Assembly (NCBI GenBank): GCA_050485485.1
Contig: JBJHBM010000005.1
Span: forward strand, 11,877-75,876
Source of the DNA: Alphaproteobacteria bacterium
GTDB lineage: Bacteria; Pseudomonadota; Alphaproteobacteria; SMXQ01
Direction of reading: 5' to 3'
Length of the DNA: 64,000 nucleotides
Shown here: positions 48,918 through 58,839 of the stretch, piece by piece
Numbering within the stretch: the first letter of the stretch is position 1
How the letters are laid out: each line of letters opens with the position of its first letter
Position numbers and translations under genes: made by a program
The notes under the pieces: model-generated
Databases searched by the model: none
What the model saw: only the letters and a program-made list of their open reading frames with translations
Told to the model about the DNA's origin: nothing

Positions 48918-50657
48918 ATGCCCGACGCCGCCGGCAAGAAGCGCCATTTCGACAAGGCCAAGCTGCCCTCCCGCCACGTGACGGAAGGGCCGGAGCATGC
49001 GCCGCACCGGTCCTACTACTACGCGATGGGGCTGACCGAGGAGCAGATCCACCAGCCCTTCGTCGGCGTCGCCACCTGCTGGAACGAGGCCGCGCCCTGC
49101 AACATCGCGCTGTCGCGCCAGGCACAGGCGGTCAAGAAGGGCGTCCTCGATACGGGCGGCACCCCGCGCGAGTTCACCACCATCACCGTCACCGATGGCA
49201 TCGCCATGGGCCATGAAGGCATGAAGTCGTCGCTGGTGAGCCGTGACGTGATCGCCGATTCTGTCGAGCTCACCATGCGCGGCCATTGCTACGACGCACT
49301 GGTGGGTCTCGCGGGCTGCGACAAGTCGCTGCCGGGCATGATGATGGTGATGGTGCGGCTCAACGTGCCGTCCGTCTTCATGTATGGCGGCACCATCCTG
49401 CCGGGCCGCTACAAGGGCCGCGACGTGACCGTGGTGGACGTGTTCGAGGGAGTGGGGCAGCACGCCGCCGGCAACATGTCGGACGAGGACCTGCACGAGC
49501 TGGAATGCGTGGCGTGCCCGTCCGCAGGATCCTGTGGCGGCCAATTCACCGCCAATACCATGGCCTGCGTGTCGGAGGCGATCGGCCTCGCGCTGCCAGG
49601 CTCCGCCGGCGCGCCCGCGCCTTACGAGTCGCGCGATGCCTACGCGGAGGCTTCGGGCCGCGCCGTGATGGACTTGCTGGAAAAGGGTATCCGTCCGCGC
49701 GATGTCGTCACACGCGCCGCCCTCGAGAATGCGGCCAAGGTGGTGGCGGCGACCGGCGGCTCGACCAATGCCGCGCTGCACCTGCCGGCCATCGCCCATG
49801 AGGCGGGAATTCGGTTCGACCTCGACGACGTGGCGCGCATCTTCAAGAGCACGCCCTATATCGCGGACCTCAAGCCGGGCGGGCGCTACGTCGCCAAGGA
49901 TCTGTTCGACGTGGGCGGCGTGCCGATCGTCATCAAGACGCTGCTCGATGCCGGCATCCTCGACGGCTCCTGCCTTACCGTGACTGGCAAGACTCTTGCC
50001 GAGAACCACAAGGACGTCGTCTTCCCGGCCGATCAGGACGTGGTGCGGCCCGCAAGCAATCCGATCACGCCGACCGGCGGCGTCGTCGGGCTCAAGGGCA
50101 CGCTCGCGCCCGACGGGGCCATCGTCAAGGTGGCGGGAATGAAGACGCTTGCCTTCACTGGACCGGCACGCTGCTTCGATTGCGAGGAGGATGCCTTCGA
50201 CGCCGTCGTGCAAGGGCACATCAAGGAAGGCGACGTGATCGTGATCCGCTACGAAGGGCCGAAGGGGGGACCCGGCATGCGCGAGATGCTGTCCACCACC
50301 GCCGCGCTCTACGGTCGCGGCTTGGGCGAGAAGGTGGCGCTCATCACCGATGGACGTTTCTCGGGCGGTACGCGCGGGTTCTGCATCGGTCACGTGGGAC
50401 CGGAGGCCGCGGTGGGCGGCCCGATCGGCCTGCTCAGGGACGGCGATCTCATCGAAATCGATGCCGCCGTCGGGCGTCTCGACGTAAAGGTCTCCGCTTC
50501 CGAGCTGGAGACCCGCCGCAAGGCGTGGAAGCCCCGGAAGAACGATTATCAGTCGGGTGCGCTGTGGAAATATGCCCAGCTGGTCGGCCCCGCCCATCTC
50601 GGCGCGGTCACGCATCCGGGCGCCGAAGCCGAAACCCACGTCTACGCCGACATCTAG
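48918..50657 (+). CDS. ilvD: dihydroxy-acid dehydratase
   Basis: [16 protein letters not shown] Fe-S motif; full-length IlvD/Edd similarity. Confidence 0.95.
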   Translation: MPDAAGKKRHFDKAKLPSRHVTEGPEHAPHRSYYYAMGLTEEQIHQPFVGVATCWNEAAPCNIALSRQAQAVKKGVLDTGGTPREFTTITVTDGIAMGHEGMKSSLVSRDVIADSVELTMRGHCYDALVGLAGCDKSLPGMMMVMVRLNVPSVFMYGGTILPGRYKGRDVTVVDVFEGVGQHAAGNMSDEDLHELECVACPSAGSCGGQFTANTMACVSEAIGLALPGSAGAPAPYESRDAYAEASGRAVMDLLEKGIRPRDVVTRAALENAAKVVAATGGSTNAALHLPAIAHEAGIRFDLDDVARIFKSTPYIADLKPGGRYVAKDLFDVGGVPIVIKTLLDAGILDGSCLTVTGKTLAENHKDVVFPADQDVVRPASNPITPTGGVVGLKGTLAPDGAIVKVAGMKTLAFTGPARCFDCEEDAFDAVVQGHIKEGDVIVIRYEGPKGGPGMREMLSTTAALYGRGLGEKVALITDGRFSGGTRGFCIGHVGPEAAVGGPIGLLRDGDLIEIDAAVGRLDVKVSASELETRRKAWKPRKNDYQSGALWKYAQLVGPAHLGAVTHPGAEAETHVYADI

Positions 50658-50681
50658 TCTGTCACCGGGGCGACACCGAAA

Positions 50682-50710
50682 GGGCGGGAAACCCGGTTTC
50701 CCGCCCTTTT
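50682..50710 (+). terminator. rho-independent terminator downstream of ilvD
   Basis: GGGCGGGAAACC-c-GGTTTCCCGCCC hairpin followed by TTTT, 25 bp after the TAG. Confidence 0.6.
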
Positions 50711-50873
50711 CACGTTTTCTTCACCGTGAACTGCAAGGTTCCGTTAACGCCTTCCATGATCGAATCGCGCTGTGGGGATGACAGATGTCCCTGCCCATGC
50801 GGCCGACGGGCCCTGCCGGTTTTCCGGCTTTGCGCAAGCAGCGTCGGCCGGTGCTGCCGCGAGGAGGTGAGTC

Positions 50874-51437
50874 ATGTCCGCTTCGCTCCTGTCCCTGTTC
50901 CAGACTCTCAGCCGTTACAATCGGCTCGCCAACGAAAGTCTTTACGACGCCTGCGCAAAGCTGACGTGCGAGGAGATCGCCGCACCACGGCTTACCTTCT
51001 TCGGCTCGGTGCTGGGCACGCTCAACCACATCCTCGTGGTGGACCGTATCTGGCTCGACCGCTTCACGGGAATTTCCGGCGAGGTGCCACCGATGGATGC
51101 GATGCCTTACCTCGATTTCGAAGCCTTGCGCGAGGCGCGGGTGGTGGAGGATGCGCGAATCGCGGAGTTCGTCGAGAGCCTCACGATCGCATTCCTGTCT
51201 TCACGATTCCAGTTCCGCGACCACACAGGCCAGTATCGCCAGGACAGCGCGGCCCTGCTGGTGATGCATTTCTTCAATCACCAGACCCATCATCGCGGTC
51301 AGGTTCATGCCATGCTGCGCCATTCAGGAGTGAGCGAGTTGAGCCTCGACATGCACCGGTTGATTCATCAACGCAGGGACGGCCAGCGGCCGACGCTCGA
51401 GCCGGAACCATTGGGTTTGGTTGCATACGAACTCTGA
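50874..51437 (+). CDS. DinB/YfiT-like (DinB_2) metal-dependent hydrolase superfamily protein
   Basis: His triad pattern (LNHILVVDRIW…HFFNHQTHHRGQV). GAGGAGG RBS. Confidence 0.75.
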   Translation: MSASLLSLFQTLSRYNRLANESLYDACAKLTCEEIAAPRLTFFGSVLGTLNHILVVDRIWLDRFTGISGEVPPMDAMPYLDFEALREARVVEDARIAEFVESLTIAFLSSRFQFRDHTGQYRQDSAALLVMHFFNHQTHHRGQVHAMLRHSGVSELSLDMHRLIHQRRDGQRPTLEPEPLGLVAYEL

Positions 51438-51440
51438 GAA

Positions 51441-52196
51441 TCAGTTGCCGGAGATCCTGCTTGCAAGCGCCCGAACTCGGGCGGCATTGGTTCCGGCCTC
51501 GCGCCGCCCGATCCGCGACAGGGAGCGAATATCCACCCTGCTGCCGCCATCCACGGCCGTCACACGTATCACCACATCGTCCTTGAATCCGAACCAGAAG
51601 GTCGTATCGGTCGCTTCGATCCGCCCTTCACGCGGCTCGGATGCGGCGACCGTCCATTTCATCGAAACGACTGCGGCGAGAGCGCGTTCGAAGGCGCGGT
51701 CGGGCGGAAGCGGCAGGACCACCGGCGCGATGTCGGGATAGTGTTGGCGCTGCAGGGTCGCCTTGGCGGGACCGTAGTCGGTCGTATTCGTAGCCCCCGA
51801 TTGCCGACGCACCTCGGCCAAGGTCACGAAGACGGGCGGATTCTCCATGTCGGTGGTGACGTCGGGCAGGGGCGGGCTTGCCCGCAGCGCGGCGCGTGCC
51901 TGGTAGGGAAGCCAGGCAGTCAGTCCGCCGATCAGGACACCGACGAGCGCGAGGGCCATCAGGCGGCGTGGCTCCTTTCTCCAGACCAGCAGGACTGCGC
52001 CAAGAATCGAAAGCGCCGCACCGGCGGCACCGGCATAGACCAGCCAGGGCAATATTGCGAAACCGTCGCGATGGCTGAGCATACCGAAACGATTGCCGAG
52101 CCCGAGCCCGACCGCTATTGCCGCGGCCGTGACCGCGAGAACGACCCCGGCGAGAACGGTCCACGCGCCCACGCCCCTTGCCGGACGAAGTGACAT
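51441..52196 (-). CDS. DUF1499-family membrane protein
   Basis: Two N-terminal TM helices then a soluble domain (…PVFVTLAEVRRQSG…VIRVTAVDGGSRVDIRSLSRIGR…). Confidence 0.6.
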   Translation of the reverse strand: MSLRPARGVGAWTVLAGVVLAVTAAAIAVGLGLGNRFGMLSHRDGFAILPWLVYAGAAGAALSILGAVLLVWRKEPRRLMALALVGVLIGGLTAWLPYQARAALRASPPLPDVTTDMENPPVFVTLAEVRRQSGATNTTDYGPAKATLQRQHYPDIAPVVLPLPPDRAFERALAAVVSMKWTVAASEPREGRIEATDTTFWFGFKDDVVIRVTAVDGGSRVDIRSLSRIGRREAGTNAARVRALASRISGN

Positions 52197-52407
52197 CGAA
52201 GCCCCCTGACTTGGTTGTCGATCCCGGTTCCGTGCCGGCGGGCGCGTTCTGAGCGGCGCCGAGCGTGATGGTGGCGGATTTCCGGGAAATGGTCCAGAGC
52301 GGTCGACGACGTGCCTGCCGGTGGAGGGTGCCGGAGCGGAGCCCCAATCATCGGGAAACCCCAAAGATCGAGGGAACTATCTTTGGTTTTCCACCTGATT
52401 CAAAGGG

Positions 52408-53718
52408 CTAGGGACGGCTGGGGCCTTCGGGACCGGTGCCGTTCCGGGCATCCAGGTCCTCTGGCTCCGGCTCCAGCACGATCACGGCATCGACCGGAGT
52501 CGCGCGAGGATCGAGTTCGACCGCGACCGGCGTGCTCGGCGCCATCGGCATGAAGTCGGTGCGGCTCGTATCGGGCACCGGATCGGCACGACCGGCACGC
52601 CACGCGGCGAATGCCGCCAGTATCGCACCGACTGTGGCGATGGCGACGAACATGCCCTCCGGGCCGAGCCAACGCATGGTGAGCGTCGCCACGGTAGGCC
52701 CGAAGGTCGCGCCCAGGCCAGAGGAAAAGATCAGCCCGGCGCTGAGGACCACCGAGTCGCGCGGCTCAGTGATGTCGTTGGCATGTGCGACCGCGAGCGG
52801 ATAAAGCGTATAGACGATCCCGCCGTAGGTCATCGCCGCGACGATGGCGAGCAGCGGCCCGTAAGCGGAGCCATAGCCGAGGGCGAGCGCGGCGAGGACT
52901 GCAGCCCCTGCCACGTAGGCCATCAGGCGCCGCCGGTCCATGCGGTCCGACAGCCAGCCCATCGGCAGTTGCAGCACCAGGCCGGCGAGCACCGCGAGAC
53001 CCATGAACAGGGCGATTGCATCGGTTTCGAGGCCGCGGGCACGCGCGAACAGAGGGCCCGCGGCGACGAAGGCCGTACCCATGAACCCCGCGCAGAAGCA
53101 GCCCACGGTGCCAAGCGGCGTGATGTGCCACATGCGTCGAAAGGATGGGATCTGGGGTTCGGGACGCTCCGGTTCACCGATGCGGGTCGCGGCAACCGGC
53201 AGCAGCGCGAGCGCGAACAGCAGGGCCGCGACGGAAAACAGCTCGAATCCGGATGGCGCGGCCACCAGCAGCAGGAACTGGGCGGCTCCAAACGCGAGAT
53301 AGTAGACCACGAGATAGACGCCGAGAACGCGGCCGCGGATATCCGATGCGCTGCGATAGTTGAGCCAGCTTTCGAGGGTCATGGTGCAGCCCGCGAGTGC
53401 GACGCCGGTTGCGAGGCGCAGCAGAAGCCATGTCACGGGATCGATCCGGAGCGGCAGGGTCAGGGTCGCGGCGGCGGCCGCCGCCGCGCACATGGCGAAC
53501 AGGCGGATATGGCCGACGCGATGAATGATGCGCGGGAGCAGGAATGGACCCAGTACGAAGCCGAGCGATTGCGCCGACATGACGAGACCGGCTGTTTCGA
53601 TCGGAAAGCCTTCGATGCCCATGCGCAGGGCGAGCACGGAGGTGACAAGGCCGTTCCCCACCGTGAGCACACCGAAACCGACGAACAGTGCGGTGAGCTG
53701 CAGGATGACCCTGTTCAT
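52408..53718 (-). CDS. MFS transporter
   Basis: 12 TM helices; motif A-like GWLSDRMDRRR. Confidence 0.85.
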   Translation of the reverse strand: MNRVILQLTALFVGFGVLTVGNGLVTSVLALRMGIEGFPIETAGLVMSAQSLGFVLGPFLLPRIIHRVGHIRLFAMCAAAAAAATLTLPLRIDPVTWLLLRLATGVALAGCTMTLESWLNYRSASDIRGRVLGVYLVVYYLAFGAAQFLLLVAAPSGFELFSVAALLFALALLPVAATRIGEPERPEPQIPSFRRMWHITPLGTVGCFCAGFMGTAFVAAGPLFARARGLETDAIALFMGLAVLAGLVLQLPMGWLSDRMDRRRLMAYVAGAAVLAALALGYGSAYGPLLAIVAAMTYGGIVYTLYPLAVAHANDITEPRDSVVLSAGLIFSSGLGATFGPTVATLTMRWLGPEGMFVAIATVGAILAAFAAWRAGRADPVPDTSRTDFMPMAPSTPVAVELDPRATPVDAVIVLEPEPEDLDARNGTGPEGPSRP

Positions 53719-53722
53719 GATC

Positions 53723-54508
53723 TCAGCCTCCGAGAGCGCACCAGACAGGGGTGTGGTCGGAGGCTTTGGGTTTGCCGCGCGGACCCTTGTCGATGTCGCA
53801 GTCGGTCAGCAGATCGGTCGCCTGGGGCGAGAGCAGAAGGTGGTCGATGCGAAGACCGAAGTTCTTCTGCCAGGCACCGGCCTGATAGTCCCAGAAGGTG
53901 TAACGGCCGACTTCACGGTGCAGCGCCCGATAGGCGTCCGTGTAGCCGAGATTGAGAATTTCGCGGAAGCGGCGCCGGCTATCGAGCCGGTAGAGGGCAT
54001 CGTCACGCCAACCTTCGGGATCGTACACGTCGCCCGGGTCGGGGATCACGTTGTAGTCGCCGGCCAGCACCACCGGCTCTTCCGTGGCGAGCAAGGCCGC
54101 TGCGTGGGCCTTCAGGTGCGCCATCCAGTCGAGCTTGTAGGGATACTTGTCCGAATCGGTCGGATTGCCGTTGGGCAGATAGATCGAGGCGAGCCGTACC
54201 ATGCGCCCGTCGAGATCGGTCGTTGCCTCGATGTAACGCGCCTGTTCGTCGACCTCCGCGCCCGGCAGACCCGTCCGCACGTCTTCGAGCCCTGACTTCG
54301 ACAGGATCGCGACACCGTTGTAGGTCTTCTGGCCATGGACCGCGACGCTGTAGCCGAGATCCTCGAATTCGAGGCTCGGGAACGCTTCGGTCACGCATTT
54401 GATTTCCTGGAGGCACAGCACGTCCGGCGCAGCTGCGCGCACCCATTCGATCACGTTGGGCAGGCGCGCCTTGATCGAATTGACGTTCCAGGTGGCGATT
54501 TTGGCCAA
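53723..54508 (-). CDS. xthA: exodeoxyribonuclease III
   Basis: IATWNVNSIKARL…LCLQEIK…SDHTPV catalytic motifs. TTG start with GGAGG 7 nt upstream. The table ATG at 54589 would add 27 non-conserved residues. Confidence 0.8.
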   Translation of the reverse strand: MAKIATWNVNSIKARLPNVIEWVRAAAPDVLCLQEIKCVTEAFPSLEFEDLGYSVAVHGQKTYNGVAILSKSGLEDVRTGLPGAEVDEQARYIEATTDLDGRMVRLASIYLPNGNPTDSDKYPYKLDWMAHLKAHAAALLATEEPVVLAGDYNVIPDPGDVYDPEGWRDDALYRLDSRRRFREILNLGYTDAYRALHREVGRYTFWDYQAGAWQKNFGLRIDHLLLSPQATDLLTDCDIDKGPRGKPKASDHTPVWCALGG

Positions 54509-54604
54509 GGGGATACCTCCGGGGCGGGACGGGTAGGGCGCATGACCCCGGAAAACGGAAGGGGGCCATGCGGCCCCCGACTTTAACAACCCCGGTGCAG
54601 GCCG

Positions 54605-54955
54605 TCAGCCCACAGAGAAGGAATTTCCGCAGCCGCAGGAGGCGGTGGCATTGGGATTGCGGATCACGAAGCTGGAGCCGACCATTTCCTCGACGTAATC
54701 GATCTCGGCGCCACCCAGGAGCCCGAGCGACACCTCGTCTATCAGGACGACGGCGCCGTCGCGCTCGACGGCGAGGTCGTCGCCGCGTTGTTCGTCGTCG
54801 AACGTGAAGCTGTAGGAAAAGCCGGAACAGCCGCCGCCATGGACGGCAACACGCAGCTTGAGACCGACATGTTCCGGCGCCGTCGCGAGCGCGACGACGC
54901 GCTTCGCGGCGCGCTCGGTGAGCGTGACGGCAGGCAAGGTCGCAGCTGTAGTCAT
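54605..54955 (-). CDS. erpA: iron-sulfur cluster insertion protein (HesB/IscA/ErpA family)
   Basis: GGGCSGFSY…C-terminal SCGCGNSF motif. Confidence 0.9.
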   Translation of the reverse strand: MTTAATLPAVTLTERAAKRVVALATAPEHVGLKLRVAVHGGGCSGFSYSFTFDDEQRGDDLAVERDGAVVLIDEVSLGLLGGAEIDYVEEMVGSSFVIRNPNATASCGCGNSFSVG

Positions 54956-55051
54956 GCGATCGTGGCTCCTCAGGCCCTTAATGTAGGGCCGCTATTAAAT
55001 CTAGGAAGACTTCGGCATTTGTCAAATACGTGGCCAGCCTGCTCGGCAACC

Positions 55052-55150
55052 TTTGTATGAGAAAATAAATTTTTGTATGATTTTTCTTGCCTTGCCTTCA
55101 TGATTCTCATATTCTCCGGGCCGCTCATAAGAAATTAATTTTTCTCATAC
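55052..55150. promoter_or_regulatory. AT-rich promoter region with four TATGAGA-like elements (two forward, two reverse) upstream of the TonB-dependent receptor
   Basis: tttgTATGAGAaaa (55052-65), tttgTATGAtttt (55072-84), atTCTCATAt (55102-12), tTCTCATAc (55141-50). ATGAGAAAA and TTTTCTCAT are exact reverse complements. Confidence 0.5.
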
Positions 55151-55159
55151 GGGGGAAGC

Positions 55160-57205
55160 GTGTCGCAGAAAAAGGTGATCCATCAATCGGCCGTGTCGCT
55201 CGGCGCGGCCGTCGCGGTGGTCATGGCGGCCGGGACGGGGCATGCCCAGACGGCGCTCGATCCGATTGCCGTCATGGGTACGGCGCCCTCTGGGACGCAA
55301 ACCCGGATCGGCAGCAATGTCGAAGCATTGCCGGCCTCGACCTACGTCATGGGGGCGGAGGAGATCGAGAACAAGAACGTCGGCCATTATACCGACCTGT
55401 TCCGCGACGTTCCCGGCATGTTCGTGAGCCAGTACGGGCAGGGCGGGCTCGCCGTGGGCGTGACGATGCGCGGCTATGCCGGTGGAAGCCACGGCGCCGA
55501 CATGCACTACACAGTGGACGGCGTGCCGGTCAACGAGGTCTCCGGCATCCATTCCCATAACTATCCAGACCTGAATCCGATTTTGCCCGAGACCATCGAC
55601 CGCATCGAGATCGTGCGGGGGCCGTTCAATGCGGAATACGGCGACGGCAACGTGGCCGGCTCGGCGGCCTTCTATACCCGCAACCGTATGCGTCCCCTGG
55701 CTTCGTTCCAGGGAGGCAGTTTCGGAACCGCGCGCGCCTTCGGCGGCTTTGGCCACAATTTCGCCCAGGGGGAGGCGGGGCCGACCGGCATCTCGACCGT
55801 CTTCGCGGGCGAGCTTTACCAGACCAGAGGCTATCGCGATAACAGCGGCGAAGACCGCTACAACATGTTCGCCAAGATGACGGCACCGGTCACCGACGGG
55901 GCCGTCTCGTTCCGGGTGCAGATCTACGACAACGACTGGGGCGCGCCCGATTACGTCCGCACCGATTTCCTCAATGCCGGCACCCGCAGCGAGAAAACTC
56001 CGGTGAGCTACACCGACGGCGGCTACAAGAAAACCCAGACGCTGGCGGTCACATACTCTCCCAACGATTTCGACAACGGCTGGACGGGGGCCGCCTATAT
56101 CATTCACAGCGATTTTGCCCGCATTCGCACCAATCCGGCCACGCTCGCCCAGTTGACTTCGGAAGATTCGCGCTGGACCTACGGCGCCAACGGCAAGCGC
56201 ACCTGGACCGGCGATTACATGGGCATGCCGACGCAGCTATCGGCCGGCGCCACCCTCCGCGGCGACCGCATTCAGGCCTCGCGCTGGAACTCGGTGAATG
56301 CCGTGATCACGACTCCGGACATCAACGCCGATATCTTGCAGCACGGGCTGGGCGGCTTCGGCCAGGCGCAGTTCAAGCCGGTCGAGCGCGTCAAGATCAC
56401 GACCGGGCTGCGCTACGACCATTTCTTCTACGATATTGAAGACAATCGCACGCCCGCCAATTCCTCGAATCACAGCGCCGGCGTGTTCAGCCCAAAGGTC
56501 GGCGCCGCATTCCAGGCAACCGAAACGCTCGAGTTTTTCGCCAACTACGGAGAGAGCTTCCGCTCTCCCAACGCGACCGGCGAGCTACGCATCAATCCGA
56601 ACCTCAAGCCCCAGAAGATTCACAGCTACGAGTTCGGCTTCCGTCTGGATGGGCTGCCGCTCGGTGCTCAGCTTCGCGGCAGCGTCTGGAATACCCGCCA
56701 GTCGAACGAAATCTTCTCGGTCGGCGGCACTCCGCAAAACCTGGGTAAATCCGAGCGCGACGGCTACGACATCGGCGTGTCCGTGCCGGTCGTTGCGGAA
56801 CAGGGCAGGCGTCTTGCCTTTACCGCGGATTACAGCCACGTGAAGGCCCGTCTCGTGGGGCGCGCGCCCAACATCACCGTGCCGCAGGTGCCGAAATACA
56901 GCACCCAGCTGGCGCTGCGGGGCGACATGCAGTTGCCTAACGACCGCAGCCTGGGCGGGAGCCTGGGCACGCAGTTCTACGGCAGGCAGTATGCGGACCA
57001 AACCGGCAACGTCACGGCCGATCCATATTACGTCGTCACGGGACGGCTGAACTACAAGTTCGGCAACGGCTGGTCCACGTTCGGTTCGTTCCGCTGGTAC
57101 CCGGACGAGCGCTATAGCGAGATCGCGCTGGCCGTCAGCAACGTGTGGGCGACCAGCCCGCAGCCGCACTTCACGGCGCTGTTCGGCCTCGCCAAGGAAT
57201 TCTGA
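55160..57205 (+). CDS. TonB-dependent outer-membrane receptor
   Basis: Signal peptide, plug domain, C-terminal beta-barrel ending in aromatic residue (…LFGLAKEF). GTG start after GGGGGAAG. Confidence 0.85.
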   Translation: MSQKKVIHQSAVSLGAAVAVVMAAGTGHAQTALDPIAVMGTAPSGTQTRIGSNVEALPASTYVMGAEEIENKNVGHYTDLFRDVPGMFVSQYGQGGLAVGVTMRGYAGGSHGADMHYTVDGVPVNEVSGIHSHNYPDLNPILPETIDRIEIVRGPFNAEYGDGNVAGSAAFYTRNRMRPLASFQGGSFGTARAFGGFGHNFAQGEAGPTGISTVFAGELYQTRGYRDNSGEDRYNMFAKMTAPVTDGAVSFRVQIYDNDWGAPDYVRTDFLNAGTRSEKTPVSYTDGGYKKTQTLAVTYSPNDFDNGWTGAAYIIHSDFARIRTNPATLAQLTSEDSRWTYGANGKRTWTGDYMGMPTQLSAGATLRGDRIQASRWNSVNAVITTPDINADILQHGLGGFGQAQFKPVERVKITTGLRYDHFFYDIEDNRTPANSSNHSAGVFSPKVGAAFQATETLEFFANYGESFRSPNATGELRINPNLKPQKIHSYEFGFRLDGLPLGAQLRGSVWNTRQSNEIFSVGGTPQNLGKSERDGYDIGVSVPVVAEQGRRLAFTADYSHVKARLVGRAPNITVPQVPKYSTQLALRGDMQLPNDRSLGGSLGTQFYGRQYADQTGNVTADPYYVVTGRLNYKFGNGWSTFGSFRWYPDERYSEIALAVSNVWATSPQPHFTALFGLAKEF

Positions 57206-57221
57206 GCGGAGAAAGGAAGAA

Positions 57222-57983
57222 ATGGAGATGAGGACGATGAAATCGCTTCGGCGCGCGGCCTTGGGCCTGGTTCTTGCGGGGGGCATCATTACCGCCGCCT
57301 CGGCCCACGACGTCTGGATCACCTCGGAGGGTAGCGGCGCGGAGACGCGGCTGGTGCTCACCTATGGCCACCCGCCCGATGATCTCGCCCGGCCCGAGCG
57401 TAGCAAGCTGTTCGCGCTCGACCTTGTGACGGCCACGGTGCGGACCTCGATCCTCGGCCGCGTCGGCAAGGGTGGCGACCGTGCCACTGCGATCGTGACA
57501 GAGCCGCTCGGCGTGGACGCCGCCGGGGCCGTGGTCGCGGCACATTACGACAACGGATTCTGGTCGCGCATCGGCAGGACGTCCTACAACACCAACATGC
57601 TCAACGTGCCCGGGACCGAGCGCGCCATCTGGTCGCAGAAGTTCGCCAAAATCCTGCTGCCGGGCGGCGACGGAAAGGCACATACGCAGGCGGTCGGCCA
57701 CCTCGTGGAACTGGTGCCGCTGGAGTCGCCGTGGTCGGCGGGCAAGACCTTGCGGGTGCGTGCGCTGCTCGACGGAAAGCCGATGGCCGACAGCAGCATC
57801 ATCGTCGGCGACGGCGTCACCGACAAGGCGGGCGAGATCAAGACCGACGCGGAAGGGGTGGCCTCGGTTGTGCTGGAAAAGGGCCGCTGGCATGTTCTCG
57901 CGCTCGCCCACAGCGCTCCGAGCCGTGCTTCGGCCCTGGCCAAGGACGACGCCTACGTGGCGACGTTGAGCTTCGGCCTTTGA
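57222..57983 (+). CDS. DUF4198-domain periplasmic protein (CbiK/NikM-like metal-uptake accessory)
   Basis: Signal peptide then AHDVWI… beta-rich domain. Confidence 0.6.
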   Translation: MEMRTMKSLRRAALGLVLAGGIITAASAHDVWITSEGSGAETRLVLTYGHPPDDLARPERSKLFALDLVTATVRTSILGRVGKGGDRATAIVTEPLGVDAAGAVVAAHYDNGFWSRIGRTSYNTNMLNVPGTERAIWSQKFAKILLPGGDGKAHTQAVGHLVELVPLESPWSAGKTLRVRALLDGKPMADSSIIVGDGVTDKAGEIKTDAEGVASVVLEKGRWHVLALAHSAPSRASALAKDDAYVATLSFGL

Positions 57984-57989
57984 TCTTCG

Positions 57990-58820
57990 GTGAACATGTC
58001 CACGTCCCGTCTTGCGAATGCCGCGGACGGCGAGAGGCGGCGCTGGTGCGTCGCCTGCGCCGCTGCGCTCATACTTCATGTCGGGGTGGCGACGGCCTTT
58101 TTCGCTTTGGTGCCCGAAAGGAGCGGGGCGCGGGGCGACGACGTTTCCGTCATGGAAATCGCCTTCGTGCCGCTCTCTTCGGAAGCGGTCGCCTCCAAAG
58201 AAGAAATCCGGAAGGACACGCCCGGACAGGAGGAGGAGCGGGACGCGGACACTTCCCCCGAGGATACGGCTGAAGTGGAACAGGATGCCGTCGAGACTGC
58301 GGATGCGGGAGAGCCGCCCGGGTCCGTGGTGCGGGCGGAGGACGCCTTGCGGCCTGCGCCCGAGCCTTTTTCCCCGTTGCCCCCTCCGCGGCGGCCGTCC
58401 CAGGCGCAGACTAGGAGCCCTGTTGACGTTGCCGAAGAGGTGCGGACGCGTCCGTCGGCGGCAGGAAGCGCGGTTCCGGATGCCGTTCCCGGAGGTGCCG
58501 AGCCTCGGGAGGTCGCCCGCGCGGCATCAGGCCTTCGCGTCGAATACTCCGCGCTGCTCCGCGCCTGGCTGGAGCGCCATCGCCAGTATCCGTACCTCGC
58601 GAGGGTGCGCCGACAGCAGGGCACGGCGACCCTGGCCTTCGTCATAGACCGGACGGGACGGGTGCTGGAGTTCCGGTTGCAACGCAGCAGCGGTCATGGG
58701 CTCCTCGACCGTGAGGTCACCGAGATGATCGCCCGCGCGCAGCCGCTGCCGCCGGTGCCCGAATCCATTCCCGGAGCACGGTTCGAATTCGTCGTCCCGA
58801 TCCTCTTCCGCCTCGACTAG
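57990..58820 (+). CDS. tonB: energy transducer TonB
   Basis: N-terminal TM anchor, Pro/Glu-rich spacer, C-terminal TonB_C domain (YPYLARVRRQQGTATLAFVIDRTGRV…). Confidence 0.75.
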   Translation: MNMSTSRLANAADGERRRWCVACAAALILHVGVATAFFALVPERSGARGDDVSVMEIAFVPLSSEAVASKEEIRKDTPGQEEERDADTSPEDTAEVEQDAVETADAGEPPGSVVRAEDALRPAPEPFSPLPPPRRPSQAQTRSPVDVAEEVRTRPSAAGSAVPDAVPGGAEPREVARAASGLRVEYSALLRAWLERHRQYPYLARVRRQQGTATLAFVIDRTGRVLEFRLQRSSGHGLLDREVTEMIARAQPLPPVPESIPGARFEFVVPILFRLD

Positions 58821-58839
58821 CTCCCTCGCTCGTGGGAGA

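Noticed and set aside
52361-52390. Hairpin CCAAAGAT-N10-ATCTTTGG followed by TTTT, downstream of the MFS gene
   Set aside because: The stem is short and AT-rich with only three G:C pairs. It is a weak terminator candidate at best.
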